Positions 49,150 through 59,670 of a DNA stretch of 64,000 nt are shown one piece after another. Both the position numbers and the translations under genes were made by a program. The notes below the pieces were generated by a model. That model saw only the letters and a program-made list of their open reading frames with translations, was not told where the DNA came from and did no database searches. The stretch lies in the IMG/VR virus record IMGVR_UViG_3300031555_004297; one strand, written 5' to 3'. The DNA comes from a virus (lineage: Duplodnaviria; Caudoviricetes). Position 1 is the stretch's first letter; the number at the start of each line of letters is the position of its first letter.

Positions 49150-50421
49150 ATGCCTGAAAATAAGAATAATGAAGTAGTTCATGAGGCCACAAATGCTATG
49201 CTAGATAAGGATACAGAGATTCTCTCTGATATTATCGAAGTAGCAAAAGCTGAAAGAGAAGCTAATCCAGATGCTGACATGGAAAAAATTGCCGCATCTG
49301 TTGAAGTTAATCCAGAGGCTGAGCTTGAATCAAGACGTATAACTGTACCTACTGGTGCAGATGAAAATGCCATCGATCTTATTGCTAAAGAAGTTGAAGA
49401 TATGCCTTCTGTAGATATTGATATATTTGATGCAGCGGATCCTGAAAAAGTAGATGCAGCAATTGAGAATCTTACTACAGAAAATGCTAAGGAAAACTTC
49501 AATCTTAGTGATGAAGAGACAATGGTATTTATGGATATCATCCATAATTTTAATAAGCCTGGCTATAGAGTTTATAATAATCTTCCCGATTCTGTAAAGG
49601 TTATTGTAGATACTCTTATGAGACAGAATGGTATTGCTCTTAAGCACAGAGAGGAAGTAGCACGTACTATTCTTAAAGAAATGATTAGCGATGCTGGTGT
49701 TGAGCAGGCCTTCGTTGATTTCGAGAAATCTCTTAATGAAGCTCTGAATATGCCTAGTATCGTTGATATGTATACGGAGCATACGAGAGAAACTATGGAA
49801 GTCCGTATTCCCGAAATGATTGAAAAAATTAAGGATATTGCTCCCGAAAAGGCAGAAACTCTTCAGGCCGTTAAGGATCAGTTTACTAAAGCTTATACTT
49901 TGTCCGAGACTTATAAAATTTATGAGGCTAATAATCAGGTTCGTAAGGCTGTTCGTCGCTATGAGAATGAATATAAGAAGTCTCTTTATAGGCTTAATTA
50001 TATCAATCAGGATAGTACGTTCAAGTTTAACGACGCGATGGAGATGCCTGTAGCTCTTACTAAGGTTCTTATTACGGATCCTTCTCTACCTGCCATTGAG
50101 GAGACTGCTTTAAGAACTAGATTGAGAGAAATGAAGATCAATGATGTAGATATCAAGAAGTTCTGTATTCTCATTGCACTTACTTGTGCTAGTGATTCTA
50201 AGGAACTTCTTAATGCTGCATATACATATTACCTGATCCGTAATATTATTACACTCAAGCATACCCAGGAGGCCAAAACAGATTTCGCTGTCGAACTTAT
50301 TAATAATATTTGTGATGTAATCGCTTTTATTCGTGATAAGGAGGCCTACTTACATGCAACAAATCTGGACAAATCCGAGCCTGCAAAGAAGCTTCACGGC
50401 AACAGGCCTACAAAGAAGTGA
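49150..50421 (+). CDS. Hypothetical protein, acidic N-terminus and helical C-terminus
   Basis: SD AAGGAG; long ORF. Confidence 0.75.
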   Translation: MPENKNNEVVHEATNAMLDKDTEILSDIIEVAKAEREANPDADMEKIAASVEVNPEAELESRRITVPTGADENAIDLIAKEVEDMPSVDIDIFDAADPEKVDAAIENLTTENAKENFNLSDEETMVFMDIIHNFNKPGYRVYNNLPDSVKVIVDTLMRQNGIALKHREEVARTILKEMISDAGVEQAFVDFEKSLNEALNMPSIVDMYTEHTRETMEVRIPEMIEKIKDIAPEKAETLQAVKDQFTKAYTLSETYKIYEANNQVRKAVRRYENEYKKSLYRLNYINQDSTFKFNDAMEMPVALTKVLITDPSLPAIEETALRTRLREMKINDVDIKKFCILIALTCASDSKELLNAAYTYYLIRNIITLKHTQEAKTDFAVELINNICDVIAFIRDKEAYLHATNLDKSEPAKKLHGNRPTKK

Positions 50422-51451
50422 GTTTGAGCAATATCTAAAGCTCGCTCTCAATAATAAAGAGATTCTGGTATTTCCTAATATGGAGTATCAGTTTGTCTTT
50501 TATGATGCAAATTATGGAACTCGTCGAACCGTAACTGGCCTAGTTACGAAGGTTTACGAAGACCAAATCAAAATCAAAGTACTTGATATTAAGAAAGATG
50601 CAGTAGACTGTTCTGGATGTAAGAACAGAAACAATTGCTCTAAGTATCAAGAAAATCAAAATATTAAGCAGAATACAGCTCCAATGCCGACATGTAACTG
50701 TATTCTAAATCCTCCGGATACTAGTAAGTATGATGGACCTACTACATATTTTATTCCGGTGGCAAACATCATGTCAATAAATTATGTAAAATTCAATCCA
50801 GAAATACCTAAGCCGAAGGGAGGAACAAAAGTTATGCTGCTCGGCATTTCAGCAACGATGGTTAAGGCTATCATTATCCATCTAGAATTCTTTGATGATA
50901 GTACTGATAATGCTGTAAAGTATGTAGACATCCAGAAAGATGGAATTTACAATATAGCATATGAAGCAAAGAACGGAACCATTTTTGAAGTATATGGTAA
51001 AGTTCATGCTATTAATGAAGTCGGAGGGCCTCCTCCTAGACCTCATGGTCCTGTCCGTGAAAATGTAGGATTTAATAATTCTGTATTTATTGACGAATGC
51101 GGCTGTAATGAGCATACTAAAGATGACTTCATGAAAGAACCTCCTGTAAAGAGAGTTGAGATTATTATTGATGCCTCTGATGATTTCTCTGGAAGCTATG
51201 AAAGAATCATGCTCGACTCTATCAGAGATTGTACATTAATTCAAGCTCCAGAAGGAGCAGGCGATTCTGCAGGAACTGTTAATCCTGATGAAGGATGCTG
51301 CGATTGCTGTGATAAAAATAAGCCTATGGAATATAGTTACAACAATGATACGAAGGTTATTGTTAAAGGAGATAAGGTAGATATTTTTATTAAGGGTCAG
51401 AAATCTGAAACAGATCTCGATGCTCTTATCAAGTATTATCTTGCTCTATAA
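50354..51451 (+). CDS. Hypothetical protein with Cys clusters and a duplicated beta module
   Basis: ATG at 50354 after AAGGAGG; CSGC...C, CNC and CCDCC. Confidence 0.7.
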   Translation: MQQIWTNPSLQRSFTATGLQRSEFEQYLKLALNNKEILVFPNMEYQFVFYDANYGTRRTVTGLVTKVYEDQIKIKVLDIKKDAVDCSGCKNRNNCSKYQENQNIKQNTAPMPTCNCILNPPDTSKYDGPTTYFIPVANIMSINYVKFNPEIPKPKGGTKVMLLGISATMVKAIIIHLEFFDDSTDNAVKYVDIQKDGIYNIAYEAKNGTIFEVYGKVHAINEVGGPPPRPHGPVRENVGFNNSVFIDECGCNEHTKDDFMKEPPVKRVEIIIDASDDFSGSYERIMLDSIRDCTLIQAPEGAGDSAGTVNPDEGCCDCCDKNKPMEYSYNNDTKVIVKGDKVDIFIKGQKSETDLDALIKYYLAL

Positions 51452-51547
51452 TTAATTGAGTCCCTTCCCCAACAATGGGAAGGGACTCAATATTTTTCCT
51501 TTTGTAACAATTAATTAAAGAAATTAGAAGGAGGACTAATTGCAGTT

Positions 51548-52702
51548 ATGCCGATTATTTCTGTTAATCCAATCGATAAAAAGATCTATCGAGTGACCGT
51601 AACATTGGGTCACAATATGATGGAGAATATAGTAGTTTCCGATGATGGATTGTATAGTGTTTTCTATATCCAGAATGGCACTAGCCACAATCATACCGGG
51701 CGTATTCTGAATGTTATTCAGAATAATATGATGCCTCAGAACAGTTATATTTTATTTGACTGGTCTGCAGATAATCACAATCGTAGAGAAAGAATTTACT
51801 TCCATCAGATCCAGTACATTAAAGATGTAACTCCTAATGATGCATATAGAATTGCTGTACAGCATGGATTTGTTGGATCTGTTGAAGACTGGCTTGAATC
51901 CATGCGTGGTTACCCTGGAAAGAGTAACTACGAGATTGCTGTCGAGTGCGGTTACGAAGGAACACAGGCAGAATACATTGAAAGCTGTCGTGGAGCTCGT
52001 GGTTATAGTGCTTATGAGATTGCAGTAAGAAATGGCTTCCAAGGAACTGAAGAGGAGTGGCTAGCTTCTCTTACAGGCAAGGATGGTAAGTCCGCTTACG
52101 AGATTGCGGTTGAGCATGGATATGAAGGTACCGAAGAAGAGTGGATCAACGATATTATGGCAGGCGGAGGAAGCTCTGGAGGAACTGGAGCTGACGGTAA
52201 ATCCGCTTACGAGATTGCTTGTGATCATGGCTTTAAAGGAACTGAAGAAGAGTGGCTTGAATCCCTTAAGGGAGAACCTGGAGAGCCTGGTAGAGACGGT
52301 ACAATCGGTAAAGATGGTAAATCCGCATATCAGATTGCACTTGATCATGGTTTCGAGGGAGATGAGACTGCTTGGTTAAAATCTCTTTGCGGTAAGTCTG
52401 CATATGAGCTTGCTATTGAGCATGGATTTAAGGGATCTGAAGATGAATGGCTGGATTCTCTTAAAGGTGCAAATGGTAAGAGCGCATATGATATTGCTGT
52501 TGAACACGGTTTTGAAGGTGATGAAATTGCTTGGCTCGAGTCTCTTAGAGGTAAGGATGGTAAATCCGCATATGAGCTTGCTGTTGAGCATGGATTCGAA
52601 GGAACCATCGAGGAGTGGTTCGCTCAGAATGGCGATGTGACCATTGTCTACCAGGATGTAGAGGGCCTTAAGCAGGCATCTACTTGGACTGATGGCATGT
52701 AA
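51548..52702 (+). CDS. Collagen-associated repeat protein (9 x GKSAYE.A...GF.G.E.EWL.SL.G)
   Basis: Nine repeats visible in the translation; late promoter AACA-ATTAAT-TA. Confidence 0.8.
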   Translation: MPIISVNPIDKKIYRVTVTLGHNMMENIVVSDDGLYSVFYIQNGTSHNHTGRILNVIQNNMMPQNSYILFDWSADNHNRRERIYFHQIQYIKDVTPNDAYRIAVQHGFVGSVEDWLESMRGYPGKSNYEIAVECGYEGTQAEYIESCRGARGYSAYEIAVRNGFQGTEEEWLASLTGKDGKSAYEIAVEHGYEGTEEEWINDIMAGGGSSGGTGADGKSAYEIACDHGFKGTEEEWLESLKGEPGEPGRDGTIGKDGKSAYQIALDHGFEGDETAWLKSLCGKSAYELAIEHGFKGSEDEWLDSLKGANGKSAYDIAVEHGFEGDEIAWLESLRGKDGKSAYELAVEHGFEGTIEEWFAQNGDVTIVYQDVEGLKQASTWTDGM

Positions 52703-52892
52703 TTAATATGGAATTAATAGTGGAATCTTTTTCTAGATTCCACTATTAAATTTTATATATTGTATCCTCAATATTCTCAGAGGAACAAATTCTAAAATCG
52801 AACAATTTAAATAAAGGTTTAATTCTTGGACTTTTCAGTCCGCATTCGGTTATGCCTTAAAAATCTTTTAAAAGAGGAGGGTATACTCTATC

Positions 52893-54863
52893 ATGATGTT
52901 TTGGCATATTGTAACCTCGAGTGTGTATCGTGCTGGAACTCCTACTGAAGGTGACATGTACTTCATTTCGGATACCAGAGAGATCTATCGTGGTTCGGAA
53001 TTGTTCACAGAGTCCGTAACTCTGTATGAGACGCTTCCTACTGTTTCAATTGCTATTAATCGTCTATACATTGATAAGAATACTCTTGAGGGCAAGATTT
53101 ACGATGGTTCTAAGTGGACCACCGTTATTAAGCCTGTAGAGACTACTTTCAATGCAGAGAGCGAGAATCCTGTCACTGCTAAGGCAATTGCTGGCTACGT
53201 TGCTGATCAGATTGCAAATGTTACCGGTTCTGGTGATGTTGTTACTGAGGTAACGTGGGATGAAGCTAATGCTATTCTTAGCGTTAAGAAGGGAAGCAGC
53301 GCTACTGAGACTATCGTATTTGATGGCCTTGGTGTAACGCTTACCTATGATGCTGCTACTGGTTCGCTCCAGTTGGCAGATGTTTCTGGCAATAAGATCG
53401 GCGATGCTATTAGCCTCGATCTCGAGCGCTTTGTAACTGCCGGTGAATATAATGCCGATACTCAGGAAATCATCCTGTACTTCGATGCCGACAAGACTGA
53501 GTCTGTTACGATTCCTGTTGGTGCACTTGTAGATACCTACACTGCCGAGTCCAGTACGACTCTCGATCTTACCGTTTCTGGCAACAAGTTTGTTGGTAAT
53601 GTAAAGATCTCTACTACTGAGGGCAACCTTATTACTGTCAATGAAGATGGTATTTATGTTGCTCCTATTGATATTTCTGGCAAGATGGATAAGGTTGCTG
53701 GAGCAGTTGAGGGCGATATCGCTGTTCTCGATGCTGATGGTAATGTTGTTGATTCTGGCAAGAAGTTCGAAGACCTCGTTCCTAATAATAAGGTTTACGA
53801 GGGCGCTACTCTTGATGAGGCTATTACTGGCGTAACTCCTATCAAGGGCGATGTTGCAATCGTTTCTTCTCCTATTGGCGAGACTGGTAAGGTTCAGAAG
53901 ACTGTTCACCAGTACGATGGTGAGAAGTGGAATGCTTTCGATTCTGACTATGATGCGAGCAAGGTATTCCTTTCTTCCGACTGGATTACCACTACGAAGA
54001 TTGGTCAGATCCAGACGCTTACTGGCGGTCAGGCTGTTGTTGCTCCTGCTGGTACTGATGTCGCTACTGCTCTCATGAAGCTCACCGCTAAAGAAGAGCA
54101 GCCTACCGTTTCTGATCCTGCTGTATCTTGGGCTAATAGCTCTGCTAGCGAATTCAAGGCATACGAGGTTGGTGAAATTGTTCCTATTTCCGTTACTGCA
54201 GCACTTTCTGCTGGTAGCTACAGCTACGGTAGAATCGATGCCGATGGTAAATATGAAACAGCTACTTCTGCTGGTATTGCAGCAACTGGCTATACCTTCA
54301 CCGATACTAATGGTGTAGAGCGTACTGGTAGCAATACTGCTGTATTCGATGATGTAGAGGTTACTGACGGAATCAACTACAAGGTTACTGCTTCTGTAAC
54401 TTACGATGGTTCTGCATATAAGCCTGCTACTAACTTCAAGAATCTCTCAACTAAGTCTACTATTGCAGCTGGTTCTAAGAGTGCTACGACCGGTGCTATT
54501 ACTGGATATCGTAACTGCTTCTATGGAACTCTCACCGAGAAGGATTCTGTTCTTACTTCGTCCATTATCCGTGGCCTGACTGCTACTGGTAAGGCCGTTG
54601 CTAAGGGAACTACTCTTAGTCTCTCTGTACCTGCTGGCATTATGAGAGCTATCGTCGCATATCCTGCAAGCGCTACTACTCTTACTGCTCTTAGCTCCGT
54701 TAAGGATGCTAATGACTCCAATGCTGAGATCTCGTCTTCGTTCGAGATGACTCAGATCGACGTTGAAGGTAAGAATGGATATACCGCTGTAGCATATAAG
54801 GTATTTGTCAAGACCTGGGCTTCTGGTAATGGTAAGGCAAACACCTATGCTATCACTATCTAA
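52893..54863 (+). CDS. Fibre-like virion protein
   Basis: T/G/A/D-rich beta structure; N-terminus shared with 56617..58323; late promoter at 52801. Confidence 0.65.
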   Translation: MMFWHIVTSSVYRAGTPTEGDMYFISDTREIYRGSELFTESVTLYETLPTVSIAINRLYIDKNTLEGKIYDGSKWTTVIKPVETTFNAESENPVTAKAIAGYVADQIANVTGSGDVVTEVTWDEANAILSVKKGSSATETIVFDGLGVTLTYDAATGSLQLADVSGNKIGDAISLDLERFVTAGEYNADTQEIILYFDADKTESVTIPVGALVDTYTAESSTTLDLTVSGNKFVGNVKISTTEGNLITVNEDGIYVAPIDISGKMDKVAGAVEGDIAVLDADGNVVDSGKKFEDLVPNNKVYEGATLDEAITGVTPIKGDVAIVSSPIGETGKVQKTVHQYDGEKWNAFDSDYDASKVFLSSDWITTTKIGQIQTLTGGQAVVAPAGTDVATALMKLTAKEEQPTVSDPAVSWANSSASEFKAYEVGEIVPISVTAALSAGSYSYGRIDADGKYETATSAGIAATGYTFTDTNGVERTGSNTAVFDDVEVTDGINYKVTASVTYDGSAYKPATNFKNLSTKSTIAAGSKSATTGAITGYRNCFYGTLTEKDSVLTSSIIRGLTATGKAVAKGTTLSLSVPAGIMRAIVAYPASATTLTALSSVKDANDSNAEISSSFEMTQIDVEGKNGYTAVAYKVFVKTWASGNGKANTYAITI

Positions 54864-54881
54864 GAAAGGAGGTAGAATGTA

Positions 54882-56477
54882 ATGGCTGGATATAGTTATG
54901 AAATGATTACAAACATTTTGGGCAGAGCTGTTGCTTTTATGCCCGAGACCGCATTCCCGCTTGATGCGAGAGTTTACTTTGGTTCGTATACTGAGGCAGC
55001 TGCAGCCGCTAAGAGTGCTAAGCCTGCTGGTTCTAACGAATCCATCTACTTCTATGGTCAGCAGATCTATGTTGTAGAAAATGATGTTGTTACGACCTAC
55101 CTTATTCAGGTAGATGGTAGCCTTAAGGAGGTAGGATCTGCTACTCTTGGCGATGAGAAGACTATTTCTCTTGGTGAAGATGGCGTTCTTAGCCTTAAGA
55201 ATTTCGGTAAGCAGTACTATGCTTACGTACCTGCAGATGTTATCATCGAGGGTACTTACACAACTGCTGATGAGCTTCCTACTGAGGGAGTTAATGCTGG
55301 AGAGTATGCTAAGGTTGGCGATGCTTACTATCTTTATAATGGAGAGGCATGGGCTGTTGCTACAACGGCTCCTAAGACCCAGGCCGAGCATGTTCTCACT
55401 GAAGGCTGGCAGACTGGACTTGAGCCCAAGGTTGTAGCTGCCGCTTCTGGCGATGGCTATGAGCTTGCATGGTATGAGCCTTCTTCGACTACTGTCGAGG
55501 GACTTAACTCTATCGTTGCTGGCGTTCAGACAAGTGTTTCTAACCTTGCTGATGCCGTTGCTGCAAATAAGACTGCTGCTGAGCAGGATGTAGCTGATGA
55601 AGCTGCTGCTCGCGAGGCTGCTGATTCTGAGCTTAATACCAAGATCGCTGGTAATACTGCAGCTATCAATAAGCTTAATGGCGGTGCTGAGAATGAGGGT
55701 TCGGTGCTTCATACTGTTAACACTGTTCTTGCACAGCTTGTTGGTGATGGTTCTCAGGAGACTATTGACTCTCTTACTGAGCTCGTAGAGTGGGCTAACT
55801 CTCACTCCACTGAGGTTGTTGAGATGAGCAATGATATCGAGCAGAATAAGGTAGATATCTCTGCCCTTGAGACTCTGCTTGGTACTCTTCCCGAGGGTGT
55901 AACTGCAACTACTGTTGTAGCATACATTGCCGAGGCTGTTAAGGCTGAAGAGACTCGTGCTCTTGCAGCTGAGAAGGCCCTTAGCGATCGTCTTGATACT
56001 GCTGAGGCTACTCTTAATGGTCTTGGAACTGCTGCACAGGCAGATGCTGATGACTTTGCAACTGCTGAGCAGGGTGCTAAGGCAGATACTGCAGTACAGA
56101 GTGTTGTATCTAGCGACAATGGTTATGTTGCTGTAGATAATGACAAGGTTAAAGTATACGAGCTTCCTGCTGCTAAAGTTAATCAGCTTGGTGGTATCAC
56201 TCCCGATGGTGCTTCTATCGTTACTGATGATAACGGTGTTGCTTCTGTATCGGCTGTTGATTCCTCTAAGGTTACTGGCCTTGATGCTAAGCTTGAGGCT
56301 ACCCAGAATGCTGCCGAGGCTGCTGCTCAGGAGTACACTGATGAGAATGCTGTTGCTAAGAGCTCCGTAGTTGCTACGGCTGCCGAGGCTGCTGCTTCTG
56401 TCGATGAAGCTTCTGCTGAAAAGGTTGCATCTGAGAAGCTTATTCTCGAGCTCTTTACTTGGAAGACCGAGATGTAA
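54882..56477 (+). CDS. Fibre-like coiled-coil virion protein
   Basis: FPLDAR head motif, Ala-rich heptads, DSLTELVEW, ATAEQGAKADTA. Confidence 0.65.
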   Translation: MAGYSYEMITNILGRAVAFMPETAFPLDARVYFGSYTEAAAAAKSAKPAGSNESIYFYGQQIYVVENDVVTTYLIQVDGSLKEVGSATLGDEKTISLGEDGVLSLKNFGKQYYAYVPADVIIEGTYTTADELPTEGVNAGEYAKVGDAYYLYNGEAWAVATTAPKTQAEHVLTEGWQTGLEPKVVAAASGDGYELAWYEPSSTTVEGLNSIVAGVQTSVSNLADAVAANKTAAEQDVADEAAAREAADSELNTKIAGNTAAINKLNGGAENEGSVLHTVNTVLAQLVGDGSQETIDSLTELVEWANSHSTEVVEMSNDIEQNKVDISALETLLGTLPEGVTATTVVAYIAEAVKAEETRALAAEKALSDRLDTAEATLNGLGTAAQADADDFATAEQGAKADTAVQSVVSSDNGYVAVDNDKVKVYELPAAKVNQLGGITPDGASIVTDDNGVASVSAVDSSKVTGLDAKLEATQNAAEAAAQEYTDENAVAKSSVVATAAEAAASVDEASAEKVASEKLILELFTWKTEM

Positions 56478-56616
56478 TATATGTGGCCCGAGAGAATATT
56501 ATTTCTCTCGGGCTTTACTAACAAATTCGCTCGCCCTCTTTTGGGTGATTTAAAACATAATAATAAACTATTTAAATCATTTAAGTAGAATTTATTTCTC
56601 AGGAGGAATAATTAAT

Positions 56617-58323
56617 ATGCTTTCATGGTATGTCTTGACAAGCAGTGCATTTAAGACTGCTGTCGAAGCTAATAAGGTCACCAGCGATATGATGATCTTT
56701 ACTAGCGATACTCACGAAATTTATCGTGGAACTCAGGCGTACACCGAGTCTACCGTTCTCTTTACTGGTACTAACGGTGCACATCCTACTCAGACTGCCG
56801 CTGTAGGCAAGTTGTACATTAACTCTGCTACTCTCGAGGGTTGGGTATACAATGGTACTTCTTGGACTCAGGTAATTAAGGCAGTCGCTACTACTGTTAA
56901 TGCTTCTGATACAACTCAGGCTGTTTCTGGTAAGGCTGTTGCCGATTACGTTGCAACCGAGGTTGGAAAGGCTCAGAGTAATGTAACGGAGCTTGAGAAG
57001 ACTGTTGCTGCAAATAAGACTGCTGCTGAGCAGGCAGTTGCTGCTGAGGCTACTGCTCGTGAGGCCGCAGATGGAACTCTTCAGGGTAATATCGATACTC
57101 TCTCTGGTACTGTAACTGCTAATAAGACGGCTGCAGATACTGGTATTCAGGAAGCTAAGGATGCGGCTGCAGCTGCTAAGACTGCTGCAGATGAGGCTCA
57201 GGCTGATGCTGATAAGAATGCCGAAGATATTGCTGCTATTAATACCACTCTTGCATCTGTTGCAACTGATGGCGAGCTTAATGCTGCAAAGCAGGATCTT
57301 CAGGCTAAGATCGATGCTGTTGATGGCAAGGCTGATGCAAATGCTGCAGCTATTGAGCTTCTTAACGGTGCCGCTGAGACTGAAGGATCCGTTCTTTACA
57401 TGATCAATGATGTTCTTGTTGATCTTGTTGGTGATGGTTCTCAGGCTACTATCGACTCTCTTACTGAGCTTGTAAACTGGGCAAATGAGCATGCTTCTGA
57501 TGTTATCGAGATGAATAATAGCATCTCTGCTAACACTAGCGGTGTTGCTGCAAATGCTAGCGCTATCGATGCTCTCGAGGCTCTTGTAGGCACGCTTCCT
57601 AGTGGAACTTCCGCTACGACTGTATGTCTCTACATTGCAGAGGTTGCTGCTGATCTTGCTGAAGAGGTAACTGCTCGCACTAACGGCGATGCTGCTCTTG
57701 CAGAAGATATCAGCGAGCTTAACACTGCTGTAACTAACCTTACCACGACAGTTGGTAATAATAAGACTGCTCTTGAGCAGGCTGATGCACAGCTTCGTGA
57801 GGATCTTACTGCTCTTCAGGGCACTGTTAACACTCTGAGCCAGACTGTTGCTGCAAATAAGACTGCTGCTGAGCAGGCAGTTGCTGCTGAGGCTACTGCT
57901 CGCGGCGAGGCTATTGCTGCAGTTCAGGAAGATGTAGATGCTAATGCTGATGCTATTGCTCTCATTAATGAGAACCTTGGTTCTTATGCTACTGATGAAG
58001 AGGTTGGCGCTATTAGAACTGCTCTTGAAGGACTTATCTCTGCTAAGATGGCTAAGGTTGGTACTGGCAAGACTGGTGAAGTTATCGTAGCTGATGCTAA
58101 CGGTGATGCTAGTGCTTCTGGCAAGAAGATTGGTGGATCTACCTTCGGTTCCAACCAGACTGATACTCTTGCTACTGAGGCTGGCGTTGTTGCATATGTT
58201 GGTGCTAATGCTGTTGCTAAGACTGCAGTCGTTACTACTCTTGATGCTGACGCTCCCAGTGATGCTGAGGTTCCCTCTGAGTCTGCTGTTGTTGCAGCTC
58301 TTACTTGGAAGACCTCTATCTAA
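56617..58323 (+). CDS. Fibre-like coiled-coil virion protein
   Basis: Shares modules with both preceding genes; late promoter AACA-TAATAA-TA. Confidence 0.65.
   Translation: MLSWYVLTSSAFKTAVEANKVTSDMMIFTSDTHEIYRGTQAYTESTVLFTGTNGAHPTQTAAVGKLYINSATLEGWVYNGTSWTQVIKAVATTVNASDTTQAVSGKAVADYVATEVGKAQSNVTELEKTVAANKTAAEQAVAAEATAREAADGTLQGNIDTLSGTVTANKTAADTGIQEAKDAAAAAKTAADEAQADADKNAEDIAAINTTLASVATDGELNAAKQDLQAKIDAVDGKADANAAAIELLNGAAETEGSVLYMINDVLVDLVGDGSQATIDSLTELVNWANEHASDVIEMNNSISANTSGVAANASAIDALEALVGTLPSGTSATTVCLYIAEVAADLAEEVTARTNGDAALAEDISELNTAVTNLTTTVGNNKTALEQADAQLREDLTALQGTVNTLSQTVAANKTAAEQAVAAEATARGEAIAAVQEDVDANADAIALINENLGSYATDEEVGAIRTALEGLISAKMAKVGTGKTGEVIVADANGDASASGKKIGGSTFGSNQTDTLATEAGVVAYVGANAVAKTAVVTTLDADAPSDAEVPSESAVVAALTWKTSI
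57000..57902 (+). repeat. ~60-bp direct repeat pair in a fibre gene (57000-57059 and 57843-57902; partial copy near 55557)
   Basis: GACTGTTGCTGCAAATAAGACTGCTGCTGAGCAGGCAGTTGCTGCTGAGGCTACTGCTCG occurs twice. Confidence 0.85.
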
Positions 58324-58404
58324 GCTGATTTATAAGAAGGGACTCACTAGAGTCCCTTCTTTTTTCTAATTCAATTCACATTATATTAATAAATCCTATG
58401 TGAG

Positions 58405-58908
58405 GTGAATATTATGGCAAAAATTATTCAATATTATGATTTGCCTGAAGCACTGATTGCTCAGCAACCATTTACCGCTGGAGCTCTCTATGTGTCTAAT
58501 GATACAGGCAAAATGTATTTTGACTCCGTTGATAGTAATTCCCGAGTAGATGTAGCTAATGATGTAATGCCTGTTGCAACTGAGGCTGCTAGAACTGCTC
58601 TCTTGGCACCTATCCCCGGAAGACTTTATTGTGTTCTTGAGTCTGGCTGTATCTATCTTTATATCGATGGAGACTGGGCTAAACTTGGAAATAGACCTCA
58701 GATTCATTTCGAAAACGTAGTTGTAACTAAGGACGTTGCTCTTGTTCTTACGGATAACAGAATCCTTGCTACAGATACTGCCGTTTTCGTACCCGATCTA
58801 AGTGTAGCAGATCTTGTTACTACAAGTACTTGTACTTGTGCTGCTGGAAAAGTAACCGTAAATGTAACTGCAAATTACGATATCCCTGGACGTGTAATTG
58901 TCAATTGA
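58405..58908 (+). CDS. Small fibre-associated protein
   Basis: GALYV..DTGKMYFD and LLAPIPGRLY...YLY..GDW motifs; likely ATG at 58414. Confidence 0.55.
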   Translation: MNIMAKIIQYYDLPEALIAQQPFTAGALYVSNDTGKMYFDSVDSNSRVDVANDVMPVATEAARTALLAPIPGRLYCVLESGCIYLYIDGDWAKLGNRPQIHFENVVVTKDVALVLTDNRILATDTAVFVPDLSVADLVTTSTCTCAAGKVTVNVTANYDIPGRVIVN

Positions 58909-58935
58909 TTACATAGGAAAGGAGGTGTGTGATCT

Positions 58936-59670
58936 GTGGCTTACAATGTACCAAAGTTCTTAAGACGTGATGGAGACGCGTTGTTATTCAACCAGGAAGG
59001 ACAATTTGTCTTTTATGTTCCAGAACTTTATTTTGATAGAGGCGATGCACAAATAAAGGGAGAGTACATTAATCTCATTGGAATCATGGATTACACCATC
59101 TATAATAAAGACGGTAGTAATATCGGATTAAAAAGATTTAACTTTCCTACAGTGTTCTTGAGCAAGCCTTCTAGGATAGAGAAGTCTAAAAATTTGCGTT
59201 TAAAGAAGTCTGTAGAACCTCAAGACTATAGATTGCTAATTTATGAAAAAGATGATGCAATTGTTGTATCTGTAAAGGTTCCACAGAATATTGCAAATGT
59301 TGAAGATTTCTATAGAATCTTCTTAACGGGAAAACTTCCCACAACCATTCCTTATGATAAGCTTCAGAATTATTTCGTAGATGCTATGGAATTGAATGGC
59401 TCTTCTTATGGCATGAGTCTCCAGATGTTTGGGGTTGTAATCAGCGAGATGTGCAGAGATCAGAATAATATGGCTAAAGCATTTCGTCACACTGACTTCA
59501 AAGATCAGATGGAGTATCGTGCTATTAGTATTAAGGATCTTCCTAAATATATTTCTCCTAGCGCTTCGATCGGTAGCGAGAACTGGGATTTGGGTGTAGT
59601 TGGGGCAATTATGAACCCAACAAATACAAATTCACCAATGGAAAAACTCTTAATGGGCAACTCTGACTGA
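58936..59670 (+). CDS. Putative stand-alone extreme C-terminal beta' piece of the virion RNA polymerase
   Basis: FGVVISEMCRD...YRAISI...SPSASIGSEN aligns by eye with HLEVIVSNQIRD...YEILSL...SVTISMSYQK of 45953..48199. Confidence 0.5.
   Translation: MAYNVPKFLRRDGDALLFNQEGQFVFYVPELYFDRGDAQIKGEYINLIGIMDYTIYNKDGSNIGLKRFNFPTVFLSKPSRIEKSKNLRLKKSVEPQDYRLLIYEKDDAIVVSVKVPQNIANVEDFYRIFLTGKLPTTIPYDKLQNYFVDAMELNGSSYGMSLQMFGVVISEMCRDQNNMAKAFRHTDFKDQMEYRAISIKDLPKYISPSASIGSENWDLGVVGAIMNPTNTNSPMEKLLMGNSD

Noticed and set aside
51840-52620. Periodic GGTAA(A/G)TCCGC.TA.GAG DNA repeats resembling an array
   Set aside because: Explained by protein-level GKSAYE repeats with synonymous variation
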